Shown here: positions 19,675 through 30,651 of the stretch, in pieces
Numbering within the stretch: the first letter of the stretch is position 1
How the letters are laid out: each line of letters begins with the position of its first letter
NCBI GenBank assembly: GCA_965222375.1
Contig: CBDCTZ010000016.1
Coordinates: 640,001 to 704,000, forward strand
Source: Polyangiaceae bacterium
Lineage (GTDB): Bacteria; Myxococcota_A; Polyangia; Polyangiales; Polyangiaceae
Direction of reading: 5' to 3'
Length of the DNA stretch: 64,000 nucleotides
Made by a program: the position numbers and the translations under genes
Notes under the pieces: model-generated
The model's database searches: none
What the model saw: only the letters and a program-made list of their open reading frames with translations
Told to the model about the DNA's origin: nothing

Positions 19675-20961
19675 GTGACACCTTGCGGCGGGCCACTCCG
19701 TATTCGCTGGGTGGCCATCCCATCGTCTCGGCTTTCGGTGACCTTTCGCGCGGGCTTCAGCCTCGCGCTGAGCGCGGCTCTGCTCTGCGGCTGCAACGGC
19801 TGCGCTGGTTCCCAGCCAGCTTCGGGCAGCGCGCCGACCTCGAAGCAGCCCGCCAGCGCTGCCGCCGAGCCAGCGTCCGAGGGCAACGCCGAGTTGCTCC
19901 CGGAAGAGTCGCCACCCTTGGGCGCTTCCGCCGAGTTCAAGACGGATTTCAGCAAACACATCGTTCGCTACTCCGAGATCATGTCCGGGGGGCCACCCAA
20001 GGACGGTATTCCTCCCCTCGACAAACCCAAGCTCGTCTCGGTCGCCGCTGCCGACGAGTGGATCAAACCTCGCGAGCCTGTGATCCGCGTCGTGGTGGGC
20101 GGCGATGCTCGGGCCTACCCGATCCAGGTGCTGATGTATCACGAGATCGCCAACGACGTGGTGGGTGGCAAGGCGCTCAGCATCACGTTTTGCCCGCTCT
20201 GCAACACGGCCATTGTCTTCGAAGGCGACGTCAAGGACCGCACGCTGACCTTCGGAACCACCGGGCGGCTGCGCAACAGCAACCTGATCATGTACGACCG
20301 GCAAACCGAGACCTGGTGGCAACAGGCGTCGGGGCGCGCGATTGCCGGTGAGCTCACGGGCAGCCGTTTGAGCTTCTTTCCTGGGCAGATGATTGCGTGG
20401 AGGGATTTCAAACGCAAGCATCCCCAAGGCTTGGTGATGTCTCGCGAGACCGGTCACGATCGTCGCTATGGGCACAACCCCTATTCCGGCTATGACGACG
20501 TCGACAAGCCGCCGTTCTTGTATCGCGGTCCCAAGACGCAGGATGTGCTGCGCCCGGTGGAGCGCGTGTTGGCTGTCGAGCTGGGCGGCGAGGCGGTCGC
20601 TTATCCGTACTCCGTGCTGCGCAAGGTCAAGGTCATCAATGACAAAGTCGGGGGCAAGCCCATCGTCGTGTTTTGGAAGCCGGGTGCGACATCGGCCTTG
20701 GATGAGCCGGAGATTGCGAAGGGCCGAGCCGTGGGGTCTGCGGTTGCCTATTCAGCCGAACTCGACGACAGCACGCTGAAGTTCGAGCTCAAGGGTGGCA
20801 AGTTCGTCGACTCCGCGACCGCCTCCCACTGGGATTTGGTTGGGCACGCGACCGAGGGCAAGTCGAAGGGCAAACGGCTCGCGCCCATCGCGGCGGTGAA
20901 CCACTTCTGGTTCTCTTGGGCGGTGTTCAAACCGAAGACGCGGGTATACGGCTCGCCCTAG
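19675..20961 (+). CDS. DUF3179 domain protein, canonical order (start uncertain)
   Basis: GGPPKDGIP, RAYP..HEIAND, FCPLCNT, SNLIMYDRQTETWWQQ, C-terminal FWFSWAVF. Confidence 0.88.
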   Translation: MTPCGGPLRIRWVAIPSSRLSVTFRAGFSLALSAALLCGCNGCAGSQPASGSAPTSKQPASAAAEPASEGNAELLPEESPPLGASAEFKTDFSKHIVRYSEIMSGGPPKDGIPPLDKPKLVSVAAADEWIKPREPVIRVVVGGDARAYPIQVLMYHEIANDVVGGKALSITFCPLCNTAIVFEGDVKDRTLTFGTTGRLRNSNLIMYDRQTETWWQQASGRAIAGELTGSRLSFFPGQMIAWRDFKRKHPQGLVMSRETGHDRRYGHNPYSGYDDVDKPPFLYRGPKTQDVLRPVERVLAVELGGEAVAYPYSVLRKVKVINDKVGGKPIVVFWKPGATSALDEPEIAKGRAVGSAVAYSAELDDSTLKFELKGGKFVDSATASHWDLVGHATEGKSKGKRLAPIAAVNHFWFSWAVFKPKTRVYGSP

Positions 20962-21047
20962 CCGCGGCGCTAGCGTCGCAGGTCGCGATCGCGCGAGGTG
21001 CCGATGACGGGATTGGCCGGCACATTCAACAAAAAAGACAACCAGGA

Positions 21048-21076
21048 CAACTTATATGCATAGTGCATATAAGTTG
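21048..21076. repeat. Perfect AT-rich inverted repeat (13-3-13)
   Basis: CAACTTATATGCA-TAG-TGCATATAAGTTG. Confidence 0.85.
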
Positions 21077-21148
21077 ACGGAGCTCGCATTTGGCCCAGAA
21101 ACGAAGCGATGGCGTTTCAGCGTCGTTGGGGGACGCCGGCGTCCAAAA

Positions 21149-21607
21149 TTAGACGTCGCCGTCCGAGCTTCCGTCGGCACTCGCGGCGGCTGCTGCGGCG
21201 TCCGCGAAGGGATCCTCGTCGTAGTCCACGTTCACGCACAGCACTTCGACGCCCCGCGGGGTTTGGGTGCACTCCCGGCGGTCGGCTGGGCAGCCTTGGT
21301 CCAAGAAGCCGCTCGCGACGCAGTCGCAACTTGGTGAGCTGCCGCAACTCTGCGCTGGTGGTGTGAAACACGCGTGGGCGGTGCAATTGCAGCAATGCTC
21401 CGTGAGCAGGCAGCCCGCTTGGCAGCTGCCCCCGGGGGGTGGCAGGGGCATACAGAAGGCGCCCCGGGTCGCGACGCAGATCTGCCCCGAAGTGCATTGG
21501 TCTTTTCCGCAAGAAAGGCCCTGTGTGGTCGAGTTGGTGCCGTCGTCATCACCGCTACTGCAACCCAGGAGTAACAGCAGTGAAGCCAGGGACAGCCATT
21601 TGGTCAT
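21149..21607 (-). CDS. Small Cys-rich lipoprotein
   Basis: MTKWLSLASLLLLLGC lipobox; 4-bp overlap with the upstream DUF3179 gene. Confidence 0.75.
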   Translation of the reverse strand: MTKWLSLASLLLLLGCSSGDDDGTNSTTQGLSCGKDQCTSGQICVATRGAFCMPLPPPGGSCQAGCLLTEHCCNCTAHACFTPPAQSCGSSPSCDCVASGFLDQGCPADRRECTQTPRGVEVLCVNVDYDEDPFADAAAAAASADGSSDGDV

Positions 21608-22785
21608 CGTGCCCGCTTCAAGTCGGCCGCACCGGTGCGATCGAAAGCCTGCACGTAGCCGGCGTCGATGTCGAATACGATCGCCACTTTGGTATCGCCC
21701 ACTTGGTCGTTGATCACACCGACTACGGGTGCATCTTCGCCCTCGTTTTCTTGCACCCACGCCGTCAGCTCGCGGTGCACCCAGGCTTTGGCGTGGCTGC
21801 CGATGCGCAGGCCGTAGGTGAGCGCCTTGCCTGGGTACGCCGGGTCCGGAGCGGGCTCAGTTGGGCGAAAGGTGTCGCCATCGTCAACGAAGTAGCTGCC
21901 GTAGGGATAGCGCTCGTAGTTGCGGGCGTGGCCCGTCGAGCTGGACAGCAGTGTCGACTCGGGGTGCATCGCCTTCCAGGCGGCCCAAGTCATTTCCCAC
22001 ACGTGCACTCGCGGCGCCCCTTGGCCCAGCCCGGGCCCTTTGGTGCCCGAGCCCAGTAGCTGCGAGTACCAGGTGTCGTCGTTGCGGTCGTAGAACACCA
22101 GGTTCGAGTTGTAGAGGCGCCCGCTCACGCCCAGCTCGGCGGTGCCGGATGCAAACGCAGTCGGGTCGTGCCCGATGCTCGAGAACGTCAGCGGACAATG
22201 GGTGACCGCGATCGGAACGCCGTTGACTTGGTCGTTGACGATCTCATGCCACCACAGCACGTTGTGGGGATACGCCCTGGCAATGCCGTCGACCTCGACA
22301 CCGACGACGAAGGAATTGCTGGCGACGTAGTCTGAGCCGTCTTGACCCGGCGCGACGTGTTTGGGAGAGGTCAAGGCGGGGATGCAATCTTTGCCAGGGC
22401 AGCCCAGATTGATCTCTTCGCAGGGCACGGCGCAGGTGGCGTTGGAGGCGATGGCCGCAGTAGCGACGGGGCTTTCGCGCCGGAACACTTCGCTATCGTG
22501 GTTGAACACGCTCCAGGCGAACCAGAACTGGTTGTAGCCCGGTAGTGGGGTCAAGCGCGGGCCTCCGTCCAAGGACCGACCCAGGGCATCGAAGCGCGCG
22601 CCGGTATCAGCATCGGTCAGTTCGAGGGCTTGGATGGCGCCCTCGGGTTTCTTGGAGCCGAGGCCGAAACCGCTGATGGCGTCGCCGCCCGGGTTGGCCA
22701 CACCTGGACCGGGCACACGCTCGTCTTCTTGGACCGGAGCGCAGCCCAGAAGCAGGACGAGCAGCGAAGCTGACAAGACCCTCAC
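21604..22785 (-). CDS. DUF3179 domain lipoprotein, circularly permuted
   Basis: FWFAWSVF block lies N-terminal to GCPGKDCIP, RAYP..HEIVND, HCPLT and SNLVFYDR. Confidence 0.85.
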   Translation of the reverse strand: MRVLSASLLVLLLGCAPVQEDERVPGPGVANPGGDAISGFGLGSKKPEGAIQALELTDADTGARFDALGRSLDGGPRLTPLPGYNQFWFAWSVFNHDSEVFRRESPVATAAIASNATCAVPCEEINLGCPGKDCIPALTSPKHVAPGQDGSDYVASNSFVVGVEVDGIARAYPHNVLWWHEIVNDQVNGVPIAVTHCPLTFSSIGHDPTAFASGTAELGVSGRLYNSNLVFYDRNDDTWYSQLLGSGTKGPGLGQGAPRVHVWEMTWAAWKAMHPESTLLSSSTGHARNYERYPYGSYFVDDGDTFRPTEPAPDPAYPGKALTYGLRIGSHAKAWVHRELTAWVQENEGEDAPVVGVINDQVGDTKVAIVFDIDAGYVQAFDRTGAADLKRAR

Positions 22786-22846
22786 GCTCAGAGCTACGCG
22801 CCTGCGCCTGCAGCCGTTTCACCCCGGTCGTGCTAAAATCGTCGAC

Positions 22847-23533
22847 GTGGCACGCAGTGTTGAGCAGTTGGCGAATCAGAACCTCTTGCGTTGGGCGGCG
22901 TCCATCAAGAGCCCGCCCAAGCGGAGCGTTACCCGCGCCGAGCAGCTGCCGATGATTGTGATGAGTCGAGAGTTCGGCGGTCGTGGCGCGGAGATTGGGC
23001 GCAAAGCCGCCAAGAAGCTCGGTTTCAAGTACCACTCCCAGGAGCTGGTGCACGAGGTGGCGCGCAAGGCGAAGGTGCGAGATGAGCTGGTGAAGGGTCT
23101 CGATGAACGCGCCCGGGACGACGTTGCGCAGTGGGTCACCGAGCTCTTCGATGGCGAGTGCTTTCGGCCGAGTGAATACCTGACCAACTTGTCCAAGGTC
23201 GTTCTCACCCTGGGCAAGCAAGGCAAGGGCGTGATCGTCGGGCGGGGCGCACATTTGATCCTGGACCCGGCGCGCACATTGCGAGTTCGGGCCATCGCTC
23301 CGTTGGAGCACCGCGTGAAGTGGGCTGGAGAGCGTCGTGGTTTGAGTCCAGGCGATGCCCGCGCCTTGGTGCAGCGCATCGACGCTGAGCGTGGCGCCTT
23401 TTATCGACAACACTTCGACGTCGATGTCGCGGATCCGGTTCTGTACGATCTGCTGCTCAACACGGCGACGCTGTCCATCGCTGCCTGCGTGGACATCGTG
23501 GTGCGTGCCTTCCGGGCGCGATTCCCCTCTTGA
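22847..23533 (+). CDS. Cytidylate kinase-like family protein
   Basis: MSREFGGRGAEIG, VIVGRGA, DPVLYDLLLNT. Confidence 0.85.
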   Translation: MARSVEQLANQNLLRWAASIKSPPKRSVTRAEQLPMIVMSREFGGRGAEIGRKAAKKLGFKYHSQELVHEVARKAKVRDELVKGLDERARDDVAQWVTELFDGECFRPSEYLTNLSKVVLTLGKQGKGVIVGRGAHLILDPARTLRVRAIAPLEHRVKWAGERRGLSPGDARALVQRIDAERGAFYRQHFDVDVADPVLYDLLLNTATLSIAACVDIVVRAFRARFPS

Positions 23534-23563
23534 AGGCTGACTAGCGCCACATCGGTACACGGC

Positions 23564-26500
23564 TCACGCTGGGGCGGGCTCCGGGCTCGCGACGGCAGAA
23601 GTCTGTTTCGACTCCCGCCCTTGTCGCCGCTTCTGCAAGATGTAGTACGCCACGGGTACGGTCACTCGGCTCAGTAGCAGTGACGCCACCTCGCCGGCCA
23701 TCAGCGAGATGGCCAAACCCTGGAAGATCGGGTCGAAGAGGATCACCGTCGCGCCCACCACCACTGCGGCTGCGGTGAGGAGCATGGGGCGAAAACGCAC
23801 GGCCCCTGCGTCCACCACGGCTTCACGAAGCGGCACGCCTTGTTTCAGTCGCAGCTCGATGAAATCCACCAAGATGATGGAGTTGCGCACCACGATGCCG
23901 GCTCCGGCAATGAAGCCAATCATGGAGGTTGCAGTGAAGAACGCCCCCATAGCCGCGTGTGCCGGCAGAATGCCAACTAGCGAAAACGGAATCGCGCTCA
24001 TGATCACGAGCGGCGTGCTGAAGGACTGGAACCACGCCACGACCAGGACGTAGATCAGCAATAACACGACGGCGAAGGCCAGGCCCAAGTCGCGAAACAC
24101 CTCGTAGGTGATGTGCCACTCACCGTCCCACTTCATGCCATAGCGACTCGTGTCCGAGGGCTGCTCCGCGGTGTGCTGCTCCATGCTGTAGCCGTTGACA
24201 TTCAGCTGATCGAACTTCGGCCCTAGCACCGACACCGCGTAGACGGGGCTCTCAATCTCACCGGCCAAGTCCGCGGTGACGTAGACGACCCGTTTCAGGT
24301 TCTTGCGGTAGATGCTGCGCTCGTGTTCGGTGCGCTGCTCCTTGACCAGCTCCCGCAGGCTCACGATGGAGCCGTCACCAGCCGCCACCCCCAAGCCCTT
24401 GAGGCGAGACAGATCCGAACGGGTTGGCCGGTCGAGCCCAACGACCACCGGAACGTCCTCCCGCTCCCGAGGGTCGCGCAGCAGCGCCGAGCGTTCCCCA
24501 CGCAATGCAAGGGACAGCGCCCTGGCAACCTCGGGTTCGGAAACACCGTGCAGCGCCGCCTTGGTTTCATCGACGACGAGTTGGATTTTTGGTTGGGGGT
24601 TTTCCACGTACCAGTCCACATCGACAACGCCGCCGACGAACTCCATCTCCTTCTTGACCTTCTCGGCGATCTCGATTTGCCCCTCATGTTCGGGGCCGTA
24701 GATTTCTATGACCATGGTTTGAAGCACGGGGGGTCCAGGCGGGATTTCCGCGACCTTCACCGCCGCGCCGAAGCGCCGGGCCAAGGGCGTGATGGCAGTG
24801 CGTACGCGTTTGGCGATGTCGTGGCTCTGGTCGGGCCGGTCGCCCTTGGGTTGTAGCTGAACCACGATGTCAGCGACGTTGGAGCCGCGGCGTAGGAAAT
24901 AGTGGCGCACGAGGCCGTTGAAGGAGTAGGGCCCGGAGGTGCCAACATAGCTCTGGTAGCCAACAACCTCGGGCTCGTTGCCCACCGCTCGCGCGATCTC
25001 GTCGGTGACTCGCGCGGTCTGCTCGAGGGTGGTGCCTTCGGGCATGTCGATCACGACCTGGAATTCGCTCTTGTTGTCGAAGGGCAGCATCTTGACTTGA
25101 ACCGCGCCTACGCCAACCAAGGCCATGGAGCCGAGCAAGAGCGCGACCACGAGTCCCAAGAAGCCCCAACGCCGACGCCCCTTCGCAAGTAGCCAACCCA
25201 TTCCGCGGCGATAGGCCTGAGTGCTGCGGCCCTCGGTCTCGTCGTGAGCTGCCGAGTCTTTGCGCAAGAGGCGCACCGCAGCCCAGGGCGTCACGATGAA
25301 TGCCACGAGCAGCGAGAACATCATGGCGGCGGTGGCACCGATGGGGATTGGACGCATGTAAGGCCCCATCAGGCCGCTGACGAAGGCCATGGGCAAGATG
25401 GCCGCCACCACGGTCATGGTCGCCAAGATCGTCGGATTGCCGACCTCGGCTACGGCGTCCACGGCAACCTGGTGCAGGCTCTTGCCGCGACTCTCGGGAA
25501 GGCGGTAGTGGCGCGTGATGTTCTCGACCACCACGATTGCGTCATCCACCAGGATCCCGATCGAGAAGATCAGTGCGAACAAAGTGATCCGGTTGAGCGT
25601 GTAGCCGTGCACGTAGAACACGGCGAGGGTGAGGGCCAAGGTGACCGGGATCGCTAGGACGACGATCACCGATTCCCTTCGTCCCAGCGCTAGCCAGATC
25701 AGCAAAGCCACGCTCACGATGGCGATGCCCATGTGAAAGAGAAGTTCGTTGCTCTTCTCGTTCGCCGTCTCTCCGTAGTCGCGAGTCACGGAGAGGCGGA
25801 CGTCCTTGGGCAGAAGATCCGTGCGCACGGCCTCGACTTTCGCCATCACGCCTTGCACGACGTCCACGGCGTTTTCGCCCTTGCGCTTGGCGATGGCCAG
25901 CGTCACTGCGGGCTGCGACGTGCGCCCCGCCTCGTCGGCGTCCGGTGCGCCCGCGCCGAGACCGAATCGCACGTAGTTGGCGGGCTCTTCACCGCCGTCG
26001 ACGATCTTTGCGACGTCCCTCAGGTACACCGGGCGCCCCCCAGCGCCGCCAACAACGACGCCGCCCACGTCCTTTGCCGTGCGAAGCACGCTGCCGGTTT
26101 CGACCAACAGCTCGCGATTCGCCTGGGCCACGGCCCCGGCGGACAGCAATCCGCGGTGGGCGCTCAGGGCGTTCGCGACGGCGAGGGGTGAGACGTTTCG
26201 ACCCGCAAGGCGTTCAGGATCGAGCAGCACGCGTACCTGCCGCCGCTGCCCACCGATGAGTGTGACTTCGCTCACATTGTCGACTGCTCGTATGGCCGTG
26301 GAAAGCTCGGCGGCGACGCGGCGTAGCTCGTAGCCGTCGTAGCGATCGCTGGACAGCGTGAGGCTCAGCACGGGAACGTCGTCGATGGATCTCGGTTTGA
26401 TCAGCGGTTCGCTGGCACCAGCGGGAATGGCGTCCCCGTGGGCGAGCAGCTTGTCGCGCAGGCGCAAGATGGCCTGGCCTTCGTTCTCGCCGACCTCGAA

Positions 26501-26809
26501 GCGCACGATCACCGTGCTCATGCCCTGGCTAGACGTGGAGTAGACGTACTCCACCCCAGGTATTTCTCGGATGCGTGCCTCCAGGGGCCGGGTGACGCGT
26601 TCTTCGACCTCTTTGGGTGAGGCGCCGGGCATGCCGACGAACACGTCGATCATCGGCACCGAGATCTGAGGTTCTTCCTCCCGGGGGAGTTGGAACACGG
26701 AGATGATGCCGACCAGTATGGCGCTGAGCATCAACAGCGGCGTCAGCTTCGACTGAACGAACGCGGCAGCTAGGCGCCCTGCGATGCCTAGGCCTCGGGA
26801 AGCACTCAC
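23564..26809 (-). CDS. RND efflux transporter permease subunit
   Basis: 1081 aa; [33 protein letters not shown]. Confidence 0.95.
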   Translation of the reverse strand: MSASRGLGIAGRLAAAFVQSKLTPLLMLSAILVGIISVFQLPREEEPQISVPMIDVFVGMPGASPKEVEERVTRPLEARIREIPGVEYVYSTSSQGMSTVIVRFEVGENEGQAILRLRDKLLAHGDAIPAGASEPLIKPRSIDDVPVLSLTLSSDRYDGYELRRVAAELSTAIRAVDNVSEVTLIGGQRRQVRVLLDPERLAGRNVSPLAVANALSAHRGLLSAGAVAQANRELLVETGSVLRTAKDVGGVVVGGAGGRPVYLRDVAKIVDGGEEPANYVRFGLGAGAPDADEAGRTSQPAVTLAIAKRKGENAVDVVQGVMAKVEAVRTDLLPKDVRLSVTRDYGETANEKSNELLFHMGIAIVSVALLIWLALGRRESVIVVLAIPVTLALTLAVFYVHGYTLNRITLFALIFSIGILVDDAIVVVENITRHYRLPESRGKSLHQVAVDAVAEVGNPTILATMTVVAAILPMAFVSGLMGPYMRPIPIGATAAMMFSLLVAFIVTPWAAVRLLRKDSAAHDETEGRSTQAYRRGMGWLLAKGRRRWGFLGLVVALLLGSMALVGVGAVQVKMLPFDNKSEFQVVIDMPEGTTLEQTARVTDEIARAVGNEPEVVGYQSYVGTSGPYSFNGLVRHYFLRRGSNVADIVVQLQPKGDRPDQSHDIAKRVRTAITPLARRFGAAVKVAEIPPGPPVLQTMVIEIYGPEHEGQIEIAEKVKKEMEFVGGVVDVDWYVENPQPKIQLVVDETKAALHGVSEPEVARALSLALRGERSALLRDPREREDVPVVVGLDRPTRSDLSRLKGLGVAAGDGSIVSLRELVKEQRTEHERSIYRKNLKRVVYVTADLAGEIESPVYAVSVLGPKFDQLNVNGYSMEQHTAEQPSDTSRYGMKWDGEWHITYEVFRDLGLAFAVVLLLIYVLVVAWFQSFSTPLVIMSAIPFSLVGILPAHAAMGAFFTATSMIGFIAGAGIVVRNSIILVDFIELRLKQGVPLREAVVDAGAVRFRPMLLTAAAVVVGATVILFDPIFQGLAISLMAGEVASLLLSRVTVPVAYYILQKRRQGRESKQTSAVASPEPAPA

Positions 26810-27975
26810 GGCGTGGCCTCGATCTTGGCGCCGTCCTTCAGGTCCTTCTTGGGTGCGGCAACCACGCGCTCTCCGGCGTCGAGCCCGGAGAGCACCTCAA
26901 CCAGTTTTCCATCCCGACCTCCGAGGGTCACGATGCGTAGCCGCGCCTCTCCGTCGCTGACGACGAACAAGCGATCCAGCTGGCCGCGGGTGGAGATGGC
27001 AGCGTGGGGGACCATCAGCCGCTTGGTCTTGCCTAGGGGGAAGTGCACCCGAGCAAACATGCCCGGCCGAAGATCGATCCCGCTGGGCACTTCGTTGAAG
27101 CGGATCTTCGTGACGAAGGCCCGAGAGGCCACATCGACGGCGGGAACGATTTCGTCCACCTGCCCCGACAGCCGTTTCCGTACGGCATCTACGTCGACTT
27201 CTGCTTTGTTGCCGATGGCGATGAAGCCCGCTTGGGATTCATCGACGATTGCCTCTACTCGCAGGGCGCCCTCTTCTTCTAGTTCCAACAGGGGCTTGCC
27301 CGGCGCCGCGAGATCTCCCGTCTCGCTACTGCGCGCCACGACTCGCCCGGAGAAGGGCGCGACGATCTTTCGGTGCCCGAGCAAGCTGGACGCCAGGGTC
27401 GCTGCGGCGCGGGCCTGACTCAGCCGGGCCCGCGCCGTACTCAGGCCGGCCGTCGCCATGCTCTCCTTGGCGGTGGCAGCGAGGCGTTTCGCGTCGGCTT
27501 CATCGAACATCTCCTGACTGACGACGTTCTGCTCGCTGAGCTGTTTGGCTCGCCCGTAACTCAGCTTCGCGAGCTTGGCGCCCGCCTTGGCCGCGATGTG
27601 ATTCTGCTTCGCCTGTGCGAGGCTTGCCCGCGCTTCGGCGATGCTCGCGCGGGCACGAGACACTTCCGCCCGCGCGTCTCGGGCGTCGAGCTCGACGAGC
27701 ACGTCGCCTTTCTTCACGCGATCTCCGGGGCGCACGTGGAGCTTCTTCACGTAGCCCATGGCTTTGCTCGCGAGCACAGCGGTGTTTCGACCTCGCACCG
27801 TGCCCGTCGCCACGTAGTGGGCCGCAACGGCACGATCTTCGGCGGACGTGACCTTCACTCGCATCGGCGCTGGGGCCTGCTTCGCGGGTGGGTCTTGGCT
27901 CGTACCCGAGCAACTGGAAGCTACGGCGGCGGACAGGGCTAGAGCTGTAAATACACGTAAAGATTGGTATTTCAT
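26806..27975 (-). CDS. RND periplasmic adaptor (membrane fusion protein)
   Basis: Lipoyl halves [13 protein letters not shown] and [23 protein letters not shown]. Confidence 0.93.
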   Translation of the reverse strand: MKYQSLRVFTALALSAAVASSCSGTSQDPPAKQAPAPMRVKVTSAEDRAVAAHYVATGTVRGRNTAVLASKAMGYVKKLHVRPGDRVKKGDVLVELDARDARAEVSRARASIAEARASLAQAKQNHIAAKAGAKLAKLSYGRAKQLSEQNVVSQEMFDEADAKRLAATAKESMATAGLSTARARLSQARAAATLASSLLGHRKIVAPFSGRVVARSSETGDLAAPGKPLLELEEEGALRVEAIVDESQAGFIAIGNKAEVDVDAVRKRLSGQVDEIVPAVDVASRAFVTKIRFNEVPSGIDLRPGMFARVHFPLGKTKRLMVPHAAISTRGQLDRLFVVSDGEARLRIVTLGGRDGKLVEVLSGLDAGERVVAAPKKDLKDGAKIEATP

Positions 27976-28157
27976 GGCAATCACGGGACTTGGGCCCCCT
28001 CTGAGTGGTTGGAGCCAACAGCGGCGCGAAAGGGTTCGCGAGGCCGGCGGACAAACGCGGCTCGGGCTCACTGGGCAGCTGGCCTATGCAGGCCTCGCCT
28101 CCATGAGCCGATGGGTCGCTAGGCTTCGCCAAGAGTTGCGGCGCTCCTGGATAGGGA

Positions 28158-28178
28158 TCACCACAAGTTATGTGGTGA
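28158..28178. promoter_or_regulatory. Inverted repeat upstream of the RND operon, candidate operator
   Basis: TCACCACA-AGTTA-TGTGGTGA. Confidence 0.4.
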
Positions 28179-28285
28179 CGACCGGGCTATAGACTCGGGC
28201 GCAGTGCCTCAACCAGCGAGTTCGGCCCGACGGCGAAAGGTGCCTCTGGTTTGGCCTCAGTAGGCGGTTGCGTTGACGCTGCGAT

Positions 28286-29311
28286 CTACTTGCAGCTGCC
28301 GCCCGCTTGTTGGATTGCCGACGCGTAGGTTTGACTCACGCAGGCGTACACGAAGTTGTTCATGCCGCAGCATTCCGAATAGGGCACGCTGAACTGGCCC
28401 TTGAGCCCCTTGCAGTCGTCGCCGCTGCGGCAGGACACGCTCTTGATGCTCGAACCGGACCCGGTAGAAGCGTTGGAAAGCGTGCAGCCCGCGCCGCAGC
28501 TGCCACAACCGAGCTTTGAGACCTGTGCTGCGCATTGTGCGTCCCACTCCGTGTTGCAGCAGAACGCATCTTGAGCGCAAACGCACTGTTCGACGGTCTT
28601 GTCGCCACTGCAGCCCGCCGTGCCCGGCGTTGCGGAGCAGCACACGGTGCTGCCGGCCGCAGAGCACTCGGCGTTGCCTGACTTGGCCGTGCCGCCTTGC
28701 TGGGTCAGGAAGTTCACGCAGCACTTCGCACCTGGACAGTCTTCGGATCCGTCGCAGGCCGCGGCGAGCTGTCCGCCGCAGGTGCCCGCGGGCTTGCAGG
28801 TTGGAGTCGGGTCGTCGTAGCAACAGGCTTGTCCGGCTTCGCAAGGCGCGCCCGTGCCGCATCCGACGCACGACGCCGTGAGAGGATCGCACGGTCCCGT
28901 GACGATTCCGCCTGAGCCGCCGGCGCCCCCGATGCCCCCGGTTCCGCCGGCGCCGCCAAGGCCGCCCGTACCACCGGTGCCCGTCGGTGCGCAGGTTTCA
29001 AACGCGGTGCGTTCGGTCGCGCACGCCCCCACTGCCATGGGCTTCTTGGTGACAGTGTTGCAGCCGAGCAGTTGCGTGTCGGCCATGCACGCCACGTAAG
29101 CGCGATACTCGGCGTCGCATTTGGGCTGCGCGGATTGGCACTTCATCAAGCAATCGCTGGGCGCGCACACTGCGTTTGCTTCTCCCGCCCGGCGACACAG
29201 CTTCTCGCACGCCGACTCGACACTGCCGCCGCCACCGCCGTCACCGCCATTGCATGCACCCATCAAACAGAGGGCGAGCGCCCCGACCAGGGATAAACAC
29301 CAAGTACGCAT
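28286..29311 (-). CDS. Cys-rich, Gly-linker lipoprotein
   Basis: Lipobox MGAC; CDGSEDC and CAQDAFCCNTEWDAQC modules. Confidence 0.8.
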   Translation of the reverse strand: MRTWCLSLVGALALCLMGACNGGDGGGGGSVESACEKLCRRAGEANAVCAPSDCLMKCQSAQPKCDAEYRAYVACMADTQLLGCNTVTKKPMAVGACATERTAFETCAPTGTGGTGGLGGAGGTGGIGGAGGSGGIVTGPCDPLTASCVGCGTGAPCEAGQACCYDDPTPTCKPAGTCGGQLAAACDGSEDCPGAKCCVNFLTQQGGTAKSGNAECSAAGSTVCCSATPGTAGCSGDKTVEQCVCAQDAFCCNTEWDAQCAAQVSKLGCGSCGAGCTLSNASTGSGSSIKSVSCRSGDDCKGLKGQFSVPYSECCGMNNFVYACVSQTYASAIQQAGGSCK

Positions 29312-29553
29312 GGGAGACTCCTGAAGTTCAAAGCAACCAAGACAAAGCTCCGCTCGCCTCGACGAAGCGCCGTGGGTCCCGCCAGACCGGACGTGCCAGC
29401 GGGAGAGCGGGCGCAGCGGTGCCCCGCCCCTGGGGCTTCCGCCCAAAGGATTGGAGAAGTACGGGTTGAGTGCGCCAGGCCCGGGCGGCTTATGAAAAAA
29501 AGATCCGACTTCGGGGGCGCCAGGCCCCGCGAAATCGTAAGTGAGGGGACAAA

Positions 29554-30651
29554 TTGGCCCGAACTAGCATCAAAACCCCCACCAAGCGGCTAGCAAGCCT
29601 GCCCGGAGCGTCAGCCCTGGGCCTGGGGCTATGTGCCGCCTTGAGCTGCCTGGGCATTGCGGGGGCAGGGCATGCGGACGAGGCCAAAGCGCGAACGTCA
29701 TCCCTGAGTTGGGTTCGGCTCGAGGGTGCCGAGTCGTGCATCGCGACTCAAGCGCTGGCACGCGCCGTCGAAGAACGTTTGGCGCGGAAGGTTTTCGTCT
29801 CGGCCGCAGAGGCCGACGTGTCCGTGGAGGGACACCTGTCCAAGGCGGGCGACAAGTGGAAGGCAGTTCTGACCATTCGCGACAGTGACGGCACCCTGCT
29901 CGGCACGCGCACACTGGATAGCAAAGACGCGGAGTGCTCCTCCCTCGACGAAGGTCTCGTCTTCGTGGTGTCGGTCCTGATCGATCCCGATGCGGGGCTC
30001 TCCGAACCCAAGTCCGAAAAGCCTGAGCCTGCGACACCACCCCCAGAGCCCAAGCCCAAGGTCGTCGTTCGCCGTGAACGCGTTCTCGTTCCTGTGACGC
30101 CGCTGTCACTACCACCCGAACGTTGGCGTGTTGGGATCAGTGCCCTGCTCACCGGCGCACTGGGATTGCTTCCTGGTCCGGCACTTGGTGTCGGCGCGGC
30201 GGCTGTCCTCGACCCTCCCGGTTTCTTGGACATCGATCTCTCGGCGGCCTACTGGTTCCCGAAAACCACGGACGCGGAGCGTGGCGCCAGCGCAGAGCTG
30301 TCGCTGCTGCACGGCGGCGCGGCCCTGTGCCCCTTGGGGCTGAAGAGCGGTCGGCTGAGCTATCACTTCTGCGGCGGCCTGCTGCTCGGCGCACTGCGCA
30401 GCCGCGGTGAGGGCTTCGACGCGCAGCAATCCGATAATGCACCGTCGGTCTATTTGCAGCTTCCAAGCCGCGTTTCCCTGGGGCTCGCGGGCCCAGTCGC
30501 GCTGACGGCCAGCGCGTCCTTTCTGGCGCCGCTGGTCCGTTCCGAAGTCACCTATCGCGCCGCAAACGGCAGTGATCAAACCCTGTTTGAGCCTTCCCCG
30601 GTGGCCGTTTCCGGCGGCGTCGGCCTCACGCTACTCTTTCCATCACCATGA
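29554..30651 (+). CDS. Secreted protein with likely C-terminal outer-membrane beta-barrel
   Basis: Signal peptide, periplasmic domain, Pro linker, amphipathic beta-strands. Confidence 0.65.
   Translation: MARTSIKTPTKRLASLPGASALGLGLCAALSCLGIAGAGHADEAKARTSSLSWVRLEGAESCIATQALARAVEERLARKVFVSAAEADVSVEGHLSKAGDKWKAVLTIRDSDGTLLGTRTLDSKDAECSSLDEGLVFVVSVLIDPDAGLSEPKSEKPEPATPPPEPKPKVVVRRERVLVPVTPLSLPPERWRVGISALLTGALGLLPGPALGVGAAAVLDPPGFLDIDLSAAYWFPKTTDAERGASAELSLLHGGAALCPLGLKSGRLSYHFCGGLLLGALRSRGEGFDAQQSDNAPSVYLQLPSRVSLGLAGPVALTASASFLAPLVRSEVTYRAANGSDQTLFEPSPVAVSGGVGLTLLFPSP

Noticed and set aside
18961..20475. Long antisense ORFs (this one and others such as 10905-12143 and 31229-32416)
   Set aside because: Shadow frames of well-supported genes, as expected in high-GC DNA; no recognisable motifs.
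21048..21076. dif (XerCD) site
   Set aside because: It is perfectly symmetric and lacks the XerD-arm TTATG-type motif in an 11-6-11 layout.
19675..22785. Selenocysteine recoding in the DUF3179 genes
   Set aside because: Neither gene has an in-frame TGA at its Cys motifs.
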